A stretch of 59,339 nucleotides of DNA, filler included, from Asterionella formosa (GCA_002256025.1; 7 parts of 7 records of this genome joined end to end with filler, not necessarily neighbours in it); one strand, 5' to 3'. Shown: positions 22,880 to 35,042, counted from the whole stretch's first letter. A program made the numbers and translations. The notes: generated from the letters alone by a model not told the origin.

Positions 22880-23620
22880 GATATTGCATATTTTAACCTT
22901 GCATGTCGCCATAGTGAGTCGAAATTGAGATGTGCCACAATGGCCTTCTCCGTTTCGGAGCAGCTACAAATAGTCTACATCGATAACTCTAGCTACTACA
23001 ATATAGAAATAGAAGCAAAAGATGAGTAGTACGGCAAGCTGTCAAAGATTGAATTCGTAAAATTGTTTAGGAGCAGCTGTTGCATATTTTAACATTCAAT
23101 GCATGTCGCTGTACTGAGTCGAGATTGAGATGTTCCGCAATAGCCTTCTCCGGTTTGGAGCAGCTAGCAATAGTCTGAAGCGATAACTTTAGAAAGCACA
23201 ATTTAGAAAAAGAAGCAAAGGATGAGCTGTTGTCAATGATTGATTTCATTAATTCGTTTACAACAGCTGTTGCATATTTCAACGTTCAATGCATGTCGCC
23301 AAAGTGAATCGACTTTGAGATATGCCTCAATGGCCTTCTCCATTTCGGAGCAGCTACAAATAGTCTACATCGATAACTTTAGCTAGTACAATATAGAAAG
23401 AGAAGCAAAAGATGAGTAGTACGGGTAGCTGTCAAAGATTGAATTCGTAAATTCGTTTAGGAACAACTATTGCATTAGTGAGTCAAAATTGAGATGATAT
23501 ACCGCAATGGCCTTCTCCGTTCGACGCCACTATAAATAGTCTACATCGATAACTTTAGCAAGCACAATATATAAAAAGAAGAAAATGATGAGGAGTAGCT
23601 GTCAACGATTGAATTCGTAA
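22880..23620. repeat. Degenerate tandem repeat, ~190-200-bp unit x4
   Basis: GCATGTCGC...TTGAGAT...CAATGGCCTTCTCC-TTTCGGAGCAGCTACAAATAGTCTACATCGATAACT recurs at ~22901, 23101, 23291 and 23470. Confidence 0.9.
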
Positions 23621-23705
23621 ATCAGTAATATTAGTAATAATTTTTGTTCCTAGGTCATTTGCCATTTGACAATGGTCAATTCGTCAAAATTGAAATTTAT
23701 GTTCA

Positions 23706-24620
23706 CTAAACTGGAGTGAAGTTCAATGGTCTCGCAACATCTTTCATTGACCATTTGAAATACTCATATTCATTCCTAGTTTCATTTGCCACCTTGATTC
23801 TTTCATCTGTCATCTCCACTGGTTTTTCGTCTAATTTGCCTTTCTTGAACATGTAAAAGTCCCTGTGCAACTTTACGTAAATCTTCTTCTTTGCCACTTT
23901 GTATTTCCTCTCGCCCTTTGCTGCGACCTCCCCGAATTTCTTAATGTAGCTCTCATCATTCATCATCCCTTCTTTAATTTCATCTCCAAAAAGCTCTGGG
24001 GGTGCAATTTTCTGATCAATACAAGCTTAATGGATTTCACTCTTTTTCTTCATCCAAAGCTCCACCTACATCTTTTTCTTCATCTCTTGGAAGTACGAAT
24101 CTGTGGCACCCTTGACTTGGTTTGGGGGAAAGTGCTGAATAATCACGTTCGAATTCTTTGCACTCTTAGTACTACTAGTTGTTATTGTTGAAGTTCTTCC
24201 TGAACTAACTTGTGGAGTCAATCCACTGATGGAAGATGCCGGAGTTGTGCTTACTGGAAGAGAAATGGCCACTAGATCATTACGAACTCTATTGGCAGGC
24301 AAACTGGGCCCTGTTGTTCCCTGGCATAACTTCAATGAAAATGTCCATCACTTCGTCAATATTTTCCATAAACATCACTTAAACAATACCACTTTGTTCT
24401 ATTCCCCGAAGTGACTTAAATTGTGGAACTCCAGCCAAAACAAGAAGCTTGGACTTAAACCTGATCTCCAACTGTCTGCTCATGGCAGTTGTCCTTTGAT
24501 GAAAAACTATGTCTTACAGACTGTTGAACCTGGTATATCCCTTTGCGTCCCAGTACCCATGATATCTCGTTCCCTGGCTGTCCTCCACTACCGGTATAAA
24601 CGTATTTTGGTGCAGGAGCA
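23706..24620 (-). pseudogene. Fragmented coding remnants, probably transposon accessory ORFs
   Basis: Stop-interrupted frames such as YHGYWDAKGYTRFNSL*DIVFHQR...RQLEIRFK and a K/E-rich segment MMNDESYIKKFG. No firm family assignment. Confidence 0.3.
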
Positions 24621-24861
24621 TATCTTCATGACCCTTCATTATTGCCTTATGCAACCAGACATCCCGACAATTCTCCTAGATCAACATAGGCGCTTGTTAC
24701 CCAAATGTCGAATCTGATGCGTGTCTTGCATTCCTGCCAGACCCGAACCACTTTCGTCACATGGTCAACAATAGTCGATGCACAACAGAGGTAAGAGAGG
24801 CGTTCCCAGAACATTTTGAGATTGCCCTCCTCCCACCAGTTCACGTGTTCAGGAATGTTTT

Positions 24862-25155
24862 TGAGGCACCCCGTCATCCAATCAAGTCCTAGTGTCCGGT
24901 GAGGCACCCCACCCCTTCACCTGGGCGAGGTAGTGTGAGACTTTCACTCACTAAAACCTGTGAGCAGCCCCAGTCTTGACCAGTACGCGGTCTGCCCTAC
25001 CCGTCGGGGGGGGGGGGGGGGTGGGCCGGGGGGGGGGGGGGGGCCCCCGGAAATTGCCTCACTTGCGTAAGACCCCCAACGGGACCTGATTATGTTAGCA
25101 CGAAGTCTAACAACGCTCATCAGGAACCTGGCAAGGGTGGTGGCCCCTGCCGGCG
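24862..25155 (-). mobile_element. Structured repeat element (copy A), candidate LINE/SINE 3' end
   Basis: Conserved blocks shared with 56089-56360. It abuts and truncates a Copia RT fragment. Confidence 0.55.
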
Positions 25156-25409
25156 TGCTTTTTCAAGCACTGCAATCCTTCCAGTTGCCCCATGCCCTGC
25201 TATGCTGAACTCTTCTCCTAGCCTGCAGAATATCTTTTCATTTGTGCTGTCATACAAATACGCATTCCCTATATCCCCTGTGAATACCCTGAGTTCGTTT
25301 GCACTTGCAATAAGCATGAGGATTCTGGCACTGATTCCTTTCATGTTGGTCGTGTATGTATCGTGTCCTGAGGCATCGATCATGTGACCTCCTAGAATCA
25401 GCCGGGCCT
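25156..25409 (-). mobile_element. Ty1/Copia (CoDi-like) reverse transcriptase fragment
   Basis: ARLILGGHMID...SARILMLIASANELRVFTGDIGNAYL...EKIFCRLGEEF...IAVLEKA. It stops just before the expected LYGL. Confidence 0.88.
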
Positions 25410-25509
25410 NNNNNNNNNNNNNNNNNNNNNNNNNNNNNNNNNNNNNNNNNNNNTTAATTAATTAANNNNNNNNNNNNNNNNNNNNNNNNNNNNNNNNNNN
25501 NNNNNNNNN

Positions 25510-27860
25510 TGACGACTTGTCCTTATGTAGACTCAAATTATACCATTCTGTTACAGGATTTCTATTGTCGCCTTTCGAAGATCCAAACAAGTCATACGAT
25601 ATTTGGGTTCATGGTCTTGGTATGACAAAAGTTTATTTCCAGATTGGAATTATCATTGGTGATACAGAAGAGCACAATAAAATTTGTGGCTTCAGGGGTG
25701 GTAATGGATTATATCGACGATATATTTGTCGTGATTGCCTGGTTTCAACTGAGGATGCTGATAGTCCTGATATTGGATGTGAACGTCGTAAAGTGTCAGA
25801 TGTTAAATGTTTTTAAACAAATTTCTTGAAAAAAGTGCATATCCGGATGGAAAATTACCATGTATCCCACCTGAGTACGGTGTCTCCCAATCTAATTGCG
25901 AATACGCAGCAGCAAACGAGTGGTGCCGTGTTATATCGCATAATCCTATTATGCCTGCACTAATAAATCATTTTTTGGTGGTGACTTAGAAGGATTATTT
26001 GGTGCAACTCCATTTGAGGTTCTTCATCAATTACTACTTGGATTATTTAAGTACATTTTGGAATCATTGTACAATTATCGGACTATCCCTGAAGAATGGA
26101 TAAGTTTTTTCAAAGAAAGAAAATCACCAGATATTCCAGAGAACATCTCTGATCAGAAACGTATCACTGAAACAACAGACACTGCTTTTCTTGATCAAGA
26201 GCAACCGAAGAAACGGGCAAAGACAAAAAAAGGACACACGCACCAGTTACCAAAAATATCTACACTGGCAAAAATCAAGACCCAACACTTGTACCAGCAC
26301 CAGAAATGTAGCTATTTTCGAAACTTTACTATACTTCGAACAAAGTGCTAGATATATCAATAGTCATTTGGAAAGGCAAAGCGATCGTGATATTCCAAAA
26401 TTGTCATACAGATCTGGGATGACAGCTTTGTCGAAAATGTCAGGGCAAGAAATTCCCGGATTATGTCTGTTAACTATTTTTTCAATGGGTGGAATGATGG
26501 GTTCAGAGAACATGCACCTAGAAAAGGATTTCACATTGCTGTTATGGTTATGTATATCTATCAATGACACTTTATTCATACCACAATATACATCAACATG
26601 TATTGATATTTTAGAGGAAAGGGTGAAGAGATTTATGTCAGTTACTAAGATTATGATTGGTCCCCAACGGGAAATGATATATCAAATTGGCTTACGAATG
26701 GCAAAATTTCATGGAATGAAACATTACCCTAATCTGATTAGGAAGTTCGGATCTCCTCTTTATTTCTTTGGTGGATATTTGGAGTCTTTTTTGAAAGACA
26801 AATTATAACAAGCGACCCAGTAAGCGTGTCAACCGACGATTACATCGATTAAAGCATGACATTTTAACAAGGTCATATGAAACAAGGCAGTTTGCCTTGG
26901 CACGAAAACTTGTTTTTGTAAGTGATTCATTACATACAGAAAACAAACAAAAGAAGATGAGTAGAGAAAATACCATCAATGTAACTGAGGGTATTTCAAC
27001 AGAAATTGATTTCGAAGGAATGATTCCGGATACAATGATGTTGCCTAGTAGGTCGCCTGAAAATTTGGGAATATCGCCTACCAAAATCCATTCACCAGCC
27101 CTTCCTGTTAAAGTTCAATTCACTCTCTGCTTCATCATCAAATGGTCTATGGACTGTTGCAGGTGTCCCTAATACGATTGGGCAGCATGTGTCACGGAGT
27201 AAGGATGCACCCTTGTCTCAATTGGTTCATCCTGATTTACCGAAGGGGGCCAACTACGTAAAGAGCATTGCGAATTCAGCAATAGAAATAGCAAGAATTA
27301 AAAGTCTTGAAGATGGGGTTGGGCCTGTTTCCATTGTAAGGATTGACTTTTATTATCATGTTAAAATTGAAAGTAACGTTCCCGGCCCAAATACTATTTT
27401 CAGATGCCATCCGAAATGGAATAATGATTCAAAGGCAGGAATCTCTGGTCGTGAATGGTTTGACTGGGTCGAAGTGAACTGGGAGAAGGGAGATGGATCA
27501 AGTTCCTACTCAGTTCTTGCAAAACTACTTCTTTGGGGAAATGTTATTTTCTACAACACAACAACCATTCTCTTAGCGTGTATTCGTTCCTTGAAAAGTT
27601 CAACTGAAATGAAATTTCATAAATGTATGTATGTTTTTTGCAAGAGGAGACACCTTATGCAATGATAGAACTGAATTGAGCGTTGTTGAATTTCATAACA
27701 TACTTTCGGCAGCATTTGTTCTTCCTGCTTTGAAGCCACAGGAATCAAGGAAATCTCTGAAACACACCGCAAGAAGTTTTGGAACAGATACGAAAAGATA
27801 ATTTTTATGTTGCCATGCCTCCACGTAATTTATGGAAATCAATCGGGTGGGACCAAATTC
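25510..27860 (+). mobile_element. Plavaka-type (CMC/CACTA-related) transposase, frameshifted
   Basis: IIGDTEEHNKICG, CRDC, GLFGATPFEVLHQLLLGLFKY, RQSDRDIPK, KFHGMKHY..IRKFGSP..F..G..ESFLK and IFRCHPKW...WFDWVEVNW, spread over several frames. Confidence 0.8.
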
Positions 27861-28006
27861 TAACAAGCGAACGTTGATAAATATATAAGAATAATATAAA
27901 TGATAATGGTAACAATATAGTTTCACATACTAAATTGGTTATTATGAGGTTTTCACAAACTACAATTTCCTAAGTAATGATGACATTGGATAATCCCAAT
28001 GGTCCA

Positions 28007-30095
28007 TTATTTGTTCTTTTTCACTCCCAAAGAACCTAAGATGGTCCTTCTCGTTTCGTCCGAAATTTTGCTTCTCCACTTTTCAACTGCAGTTCGATAT
28101 GAGTCTGTAAACGTTTTCAATTTGATTCCAGAAGGGCTATCATCAGATACAAAATTTTCTTTCAACTTTTTGTCAATTTTGATGCATCCAGAAATTTGGC
28201 CAACAGGTGCATGATTATACCATTTGAAGGGAGCAAGTTTTTCATTACTTTGTTGTATCTTCATCCTTCTTGAAAGAAGAGATGCAAGGAACTCGTCCAA
28301 ATACTTGCTTCGTTCAACATTTTTAAATCTAAATAGTAGCTCAAAATTTTGTCGATACAAAATTGAAGAACAGTTTTTCCAACTGAAACATATCCTCACA
28401 AGAATTTGTCGTGCGTTGTCACTTGAGGCTAAACTGTTCCAAGATGAAAGTATATTGACTTGGTTGGTGGGTCAGATGTAATGGATAAGAAATCGTCTGT
28501 TCGATCTGTTGCTACCACCTGACGTTTTAAAGCTTTCCAGGACTCAGTCTCCAAACGGAAATGTGCCCTTTTGCCAAGAAATTTGGTTTTGCCATTCACA
28601 TTCCTTTCTAATTGCAATAGAGTTTCCAACACTTTCACAATTGTAAAAGGTCCACATGACCATCCACTATCATCTTCTGGTTGAAATAACATGGAATCAT
28701 GTTCAGTGGCCATACTGATCTGCAATGGTGCTTTGGTGCCAGTATAGAAAGATTCCGAGAACCCAATTGCTTCAGGTATATGGGATTCTTGTTGAAGATA
28801 TCCTGTATCGGTGCATAACAATTCCAATTCTTTTCTGCATCCGGGGACGATGTAGTACTTACGGGCAAGGTGAAATACTTGACCATAATGTTCATCCAAA
28901 CTTGCATCTTTTCCTGGATCACGGACTTGACATAATCCATCATTTATAGCAAAAAAATAATGCACAAAATGATTGTTTTCCTCCTCATCTAATCTTTTGC
29001 AATACACAATTAGAACATAGTTACTTTCGTGATAAAGTGGATGACAATCACCTTGGTAGATATCATAGAGGTAATTGTTTCAAGGTTTGCCCAATATGCA
29101 AGATCTTTAAAATCTGAAGATGATTTTTTGATACCTTTGACTCCATAAAATACAGAGGCGTAATTGCATATATCTTGTGGGGTACGCCGAGTGTACAACT
29201 CTTTCCACAATTTTAGTTGTCCATGCGATTTCGGCAAACTTAAGGAAAATGCCGTTTGCTTTGGCATAATAAAAACTCTACACATTTCACATGCCGACTC
29301 TTCACAAAAGTAGCTGCCTTCTGGATAGTTTTCAATGATTTTACAAAGAAATCCTAATCTTTTTCTTCCATGTATGATTTGGAAAAAGATTCAATTTTGT
29401 GCTTCGAACTTCATTCCCGACTCAGTGCATCAACTGCCTTAGCCAGCATCATATCTCTGTCTGCTTTGATCTTATTGAATTCGAGGTCTTGATCTAGCGC
29501 AGAATTTTTCTTGAATATCTTTTCTTTTAGAAATGCAATAGTTTCTCTGCTTTCATGATGGTCATCTTGATTTTCTGGATGAAGAGCAATGAGACATATT
29601 TCTTGGTTCTGCGACTTTTCAACCATTTCTACTTCTGAAGTGATGTCTGCCACATTTCCGCCGATATTTTCATTCATCGCATGATTTTTTTCATCAAATG
29701 AATGAGAATCACTGAGTTCTTCTTCATTATCGGCGATTTTGGGAGAATGAGCAAAATACGACACTGGATGGTGGAACTGTGGCTCTGTACAAATAGATTC
29801 TTCATCCACGAAGACCAACTGTTTGGGTTTCCTCTTCGAAAGCAATCCAATCTTTCCTTCTTTTTCAATCTCAGCCGCTATTGTATCGGCATACTTGCTT
29901 CATTATTTTTTCTGGAGTATTATGAATCTGTTCAAATTCATTTGATCTTTGAGTGTATTCAAAGGAATATTCGATTGATTGATTTCATAAGTCTCTTCAT
30001 TTTCTTTTCCGAAAACATAAAGTCGTGTAGTGTAAACAATGGAAGTAAGTCTCGTTTCTTGTTTGACTGATCCTTTCCATGAAATCCGTGAAATG
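28007..30095 (-). pseudogene. Fragmented ORF containing a Ulp1/SENP-like (C48) cysteine protease domain
   Basis: NNHFVHYFF (His), QVRDPG (Asp) and FQPEDDSGWSCGPF (Gln...Cys) in 28429-29007. Neighbouring ORF pieces appear joined by frameshifts or stops. Confidence 0.55.
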
Positions 30096-30504
30096 CCATT
30101 TGGAGAGTTTTCAAAGGGCCAGAAGACAATGTTGTAAAACAGTGGAAGGGAAACGCGGAGCTTTTCGTGGAGCTTATTGCGGCGCTTGTGGAGGTGGAAC
30201 TGGTGTGATGGTAACCGAGTGTAGTAATTGTTGAACAGAGCACAGTGTAATATGCATGTTCCGCCAGCATATTGTTTACACAATACACATGCTGGCACAT
30301 ATATAGCTAAAACAAGGAAAGACGACACGACAATGAACGTGATGGCTGGTTGTTGAGGATACCGGTATGTGATATGCATCAGTCCATATCACAAATCATA
30401 TTATAGTGATGTACATATCAACGCATCCGAATACTTAGATCCTATCCACTGTATAATACTATCATATTAACTGTTGAATTTAACTGTATACATTAAACGA
30501 CAAA

Positions 30505-31410
30505 CATATATATTAATTAACATACTTTATGATTGCTTGATTTATATTCTATGATGTCTTGGTAACACTTGCGTACATATTTTATCGTATTTTATTGTCA
30601 TTGTATTATTTTAACATACCGGTAATCATATTTTGATCAAAATTATAACATAAACATTATATAAAATCATCATAGTTTTATGATCAATGTATCATAACTA
30701 TGTGATGTACTTTATTCAATATTACGTATCATACTTTGGTGATGTATGCATCGATGTAACCCTATCATGATTTCACAGTATCATCTTATCAATCATGATG
30801 AGATGATTAGGAAGCAACTGTATTCTGCATTGTGCTACAGGGGGGTATATTATTATATCACGCAATTTAGTAGCGAAGTCACTCCACCTGTAATGTATTA
30901 AAGTCGACAGTGCACATACTCACACGCTAATCAGGTTTGAGGAAACGGACAGTGGTTCCAAGGAGCGAATGATGATTTCCAACGAAAGAACTTGTCTCTC
31001 TATTGATGAGGATGACACGGACACGGACACCGACTTTTCCAGGAGCAAACAACAATGAAGAGACCCACTTGACGCTCTATTGATGGTAATAAAGATGCGG
31101 ACAAGTTCAACAGTGAATACAAGAACAACATACCATTGAAAACAAGTCGACAGTGTGTGCACGCACACGCCAAGCAAGTTTGAGGCAACGGACAATTCCA
31201 ACAAGCAAATGACGATACAGATATCAAATTTTTCCTACGAGCAAACAACAATGAAAAGAGCCACTTGCTTTCGCTCTCTTGATGGTATCAAAGATGCGGA
31301 CAAGTTCAATACCGGTAGTTAATTCAAGTACAGTATACCAAATGCAGAAACGAGCGAGCGATATGAAAATGAAATCATTCTATAACTATAGCTATGTGGA
31401 CAGTAGTCTG
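30505..31410. repeat. ~900-bp dispersed repeat with an internal ~240-bp duplication; second copy at 56538-57535
   Basis: Long colinear matches, e.g. TTTATTCAATATTACGTATCATA-TTTGGTGATGTATGCATCGATGTAACCC and AAAGATGCGGACAAGTTCAA. Confidence 0.9.
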
Positions 31411-31762
31411 TGTTGTAACAACTACCGTATTCGACCGTATCGTAGGCCTTGAACCTAGTACTGTGTTAATCGAATACAGTTGATGAAATTGATAGCAACG
31501 AGGAAGTTGTCAAACTTAAACTTTCACTTTACTAACTGGATTGTTTCGAGATAATGGTCTCGAAACACTCTTATAACTCACGTTACATTTTAACATTTTT
31601 TCCTGACCTCTGATTGCTTTTCCTTGCATTGTGCCTTTTACCACGTCAGCCCAGGTAAATCTTGGTAGCGGCTGTACGGTTTTAACTGTAGTACTGTTCT
31701 CGCTCGTGTCTACTATACCCTTCACTCCTGTTCTGTGGCAGTCAGCTCGCATTTTTCCAACA
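31411..31762 (-). mobile_element. 3' LTR (352 bp) of a Copia element
   Basis: TGTTG...CAACA termini. On the minus strand it is preceded by the purine tract GAGGAGCG, just after RNase H. Confidence 0.8.
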
Positions 31763-33898
31763 CGCTCCTCGGCTGTTGCCAGGGAACTGGCAGTCAGGGT
31801 ATCGACGTGCGCAGCTCCTAGAAGCACATTTCGGAATGTTCTGAACAGGTTTCCTTGCAGTGGTTTCGTAAAAAAATCCCCCAATATTTCCAACGTTGGA
31901 CAGTGGCGAATGGTGATTCCTTCATCTACCGATCGATCCTTAATCCAGAAATAGCGGATGTCGATATGCCGAGACTTTGGCCCTGCCGAAATTCGTCCGT
32001 TCTTCTCGAGTTTAATTGCGCTCTCGTTGTCTTGTTCGAAGAAACTTTCTTGAATCTTGTATCCCTGTGCTTCAAGAAACATTTTTACCCACAGCGTGTT
32101 CGGGAGATAATCGCTGGCACCCACAAATTCAGCCTCCGTCGAACTCTTCGTGTTCAATTTCTGCTTGGTCGACTTGCATATGATGCCTCCAGTTCCAAAA
32201 GACATCACGCCACCGGTGTGGCTCTTCATGTCAGGGTGCACGACAAAGGCCGCATCCACCCACGGCCTCATCTTGCCCATGTCGTCGGCTCCAATGGTGT
32301 ATTCCACATCCATACTTCCATTTATGTATTCCAACACCCGTCGTAGCTCTTTCTGATCTTGTTTGGTGCTTTTTGATACCCTGGTGCATAGGAAACTGAC
32401 CGCCAGTAGCAAATCCGCTCTTGCCCTGATCGAAACTTAAAGCAGTTTCGCCACTACACTATGGAAAATCTCGGCTTCGTTCTGGCTCAAAAAAGGAGAC
32501 TCCTCATCCACTTCAAATAAACACTTCTGGGCTGGCGTGGCCACCTCCCGTGTGATTTCCATCCCTGACTCGCTCAATGCTTCCTTAAGATATTCCTTCA
32601 TAGTAATGACAGCTGTGCCCTTGCCTGTGTATTGTATGTGCATACCCAGGAAAATGTTCTCTGTTCCTCTGGTGACAGTCATTTTGTCAAAACGCTCCTC
32701 GATTTTTTCGATAATTGATGTCACGACGTCCGGGTCCACATGCGAAATCTTGTTGTCGTCTACATACCACGTAATCGTGCACTGCTTCCCGTTGATTGTG
32801 CAGTTAGCAATGCAAGAGCGGTAAGGGTTTAACACAAAACCCATCTCTTTTAGGGTGTTGTGGAATAAATCATACCATAGTAGGGCAGATTTGACACACC
32901 CATAAATCGCTTTCACTAGCCTGACGTACAACACTTTGTTTCCTTTCTTGTTGGACACAAAATTCGTGTGCTCTGGATTCATGTTGCATATTATATCGAT
33001 TGATTCACCAGTGAATTTCATAACAACGAAATCATCCATATCTGCTTTCAAATACGCACCCGCCACATCTGCTGTGGCGATATCTCTTCCTTCATGTGCA
33101 TCAATCATGATGGACAACATGAGTGCATCGGTGGATACTGTTGGAGATGCCGTCTGCGACTTGTCATAAAGTGATTGCTGCGGTCTCCCGTCGGCTACTG
33201 TACGCCCCTTGAGGCGCCCGTCTCTCTTCTCTTTGATGAGATTGATGGCTCGGAGCGCTCCCGTCCTCTGTTCCTTGGTAAGGGAGTTTGCGCTTACGGG
33301 TTCGTACACATCCAGCTCCTCTAGTTGTGCAAATTCTCTCATCAGGGCGGCCTCCGCCGCTTTCCCGTGTTTCTTTATTCCCGCCTTCGCGGTCATCTGG
33401 TTCATTACATACCCAAAAATATGTTTACTTGTGTTGTCGTCTGCGTATGGCATCGTTGTTCGAAATCCGCGTTGTACGAACTGTCTTGGTGGAAAGTATG
33501 ACTTGTTGCCATGCGGTGCATCAATGGCCTGCTTGAACTGTTCACTTGTGGCTACCCGGCGTTGTCGGGGATTATGTGGTCTGTGTTCCCCTGCCAACGC
33601 TCCTTGATCTGCCGCCTCGTAGTCGTTGTCAGAACCCGCTTCTTGATTGGCTTCTTCAATGGTCGCTGTCTCTTCCATAGACGCTCCTTGTTCCAAGTGC
33701 GCTCATTGGTTTTCGTTGTTGTGTTCATGTTGTATGTAGTCATCGTAGACAAGCGTGACGTCATCAACTTCGTTCGTGTTTGGGTCTCCTGGGTCCGGGT
33801 CGACTGGATTTGGCTCGACTAGCGGTGCATCGTCCAAATCCGTAGGGTGTGGCCCATCATGGAGCAGATCGGCAACTTCGTGATCATCGATGGCATCA
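31516..33898 (-). mobile_element. Ty1/Copia (CoDi-like) pol: RT + RNase H, two in-frame nonsense codons, 5'-truncated by scaffold end
   Basis: KEKRDGRLKGRTVADG, ADVAGAYL, KAIYGCVKSALLW, WYVDD, VDAAF, KSSTEAE, EQDNESAI and DFFTKPLQG. Stops at ~33704 and 32437-32439. Confidence 0.95.
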
Positions 33899-33998
33899 NN
33901 NNNNNNNNNNNNNNNNNNNNNNNNNNNNNNNNNNNNNNNNNNTTAATTAATTAANNNNNNNNNNNNNNNNNNNNNNNNNNNNNNNNNNNNNNNNNNNN

Positions 33999-35042
33999 GG
34001 TTACTTGGCTGGGTGTGACTTTGTTGATGGAAATTGCATCGTCAATGGTGCTGTCCCTGACTATGGTACAGGCAATTTTTGCACGGAAACAATCACACTA
34101 ACTGAACAGGGATTCGTTCAAGAGCAAGCCTTACCGCAAACATGTGATCCAAGTTACCGATACAAGGCCTTTTGCGATTTACGGGATGCCAAACCTGGGG
34201 AAGTCATACCTCCAGCGGTGAAGGAATACTTTGGTGATGTAGGGGCCAAACTACCCTATACCTTTTCTTCTGCAGATTATTGTCCAATCCCGTCGTTGCA
34301 AATAACAGACTGTACCGACCCCACAGCTCGGTTCATTGTGTCCCAAGATCATCTTGACTCTCGTGAACGATTTGGACCAAATTCCAAATGCATTGACGTT
34401 ACGACTAGAGACTATAGCATTTGTTTGGAGGCCTATTGCAATGAAAAATTGATGAAATTGCAATTGGAGGTATTGTATGGTATCAATGTAACATGCTTGT
34501 ATGATGGTCAAATCATAACATTGATCAAAGCCGATGCACGAAATAGGACGGCAACGCCATTTAAAATCAAATGTCCTCGATTGGCTCAAGCTTGTCCTCA
34601 TTTGATTTGTCCAAACAATTGTGCTGGTCGTGGAGAGTGCATGTATGACAAGACTACTGGCCACGGGAAATGTCGCTGTTTGGATTTTGGCGATAAGACA
34701 GTTGGATGTTATGATACACCATTGGAGCATGTATATAGAAGTGTTGAACAGATGGCAATCAGTTCTAACAACAATCAAGCCAATCTGCTCGTCTTTTTGT
34801 TGATAATGGGGAGTGTTTTGGGTATCTTAGTTGCATCTCGTTCTTACTCACGGTACCGTGCGGATAGATTACGACATTCTCTCGAACCAGATGAGCATCG
34901 TGGATGGAGGGAAACATTGTTTGGGAAACGACATGATGACAATAATATTTCAAGTCAAGCAAAGAAAACGAAGGAGATGATGAGATACGTCCATATCGGC
35001 GAAAGTGATATGGAAATGGTTCGATATCGAAATGCAATATAA
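33999..35042 (+). CDS. Leishmanolysin-like (peptidase M8/GP63) protein, C-terminal part with EGF-like and TM segments
   Basis: GCDFV...C, FC, CDPSY..KA.CDL, ADYCP, E.FGPNSKC, CP....CP..CPNNCAGRGEC and a hydrophobic LLVFLLIMGSVLGILVA. The HEXXH motif would lie upstream, off the scaffold. Confidence 0.78.
   Translation, partial: GYLAGCDFVDGNCIVNGAVPDYGTGNFCTETITLTEQGFVQEQALPQTCDPSYRYKAFCDLRDAKPGEVIPPAVKEYFGDVGAKLPYTFSSADYCPIPSLQITDCTDPTARFIVSQDHLDSRERFGPNSKCIDVTTRDYSICLEAYCNEKLMKLQLEVLYGINVTCLYDGQIITLIKADARNRTATPFKIKCPRLAQACPHLICPNNCAGRGECMYDKTTGHGKCRCLDFGDKTVGCYDTPLEHVYRSVEQMAISSNNNQANLLVFLLIMGSVLGILVASRSYSRYRADRLRHSLEPDEHRGWRETLFGKRHDDNNISSQAKKTKEMMRYVHIGESDMEMVRYRNAI

Noticed and set aside
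25006..25043. Poly-G runs as a G-quadruplex
   Set aside because: The homologous copy has mixed sequence here, so this is probably a low-quality base-calling artefact.
25105..25125. CTGATGAG on the minus strand as a hammerhead ribozyme core
   Set aside because: There is no correctly placed GAAA after stem II, and the motif is not conserved in copy B.
25510..33898. In-frame stops as evidence of an alternative genetic code or readthrough
   Set aside because: The stops are mixed TAA/TGA and accompanied by frameshifts, and host genes use the standard code, so this is ordinary TE decay.
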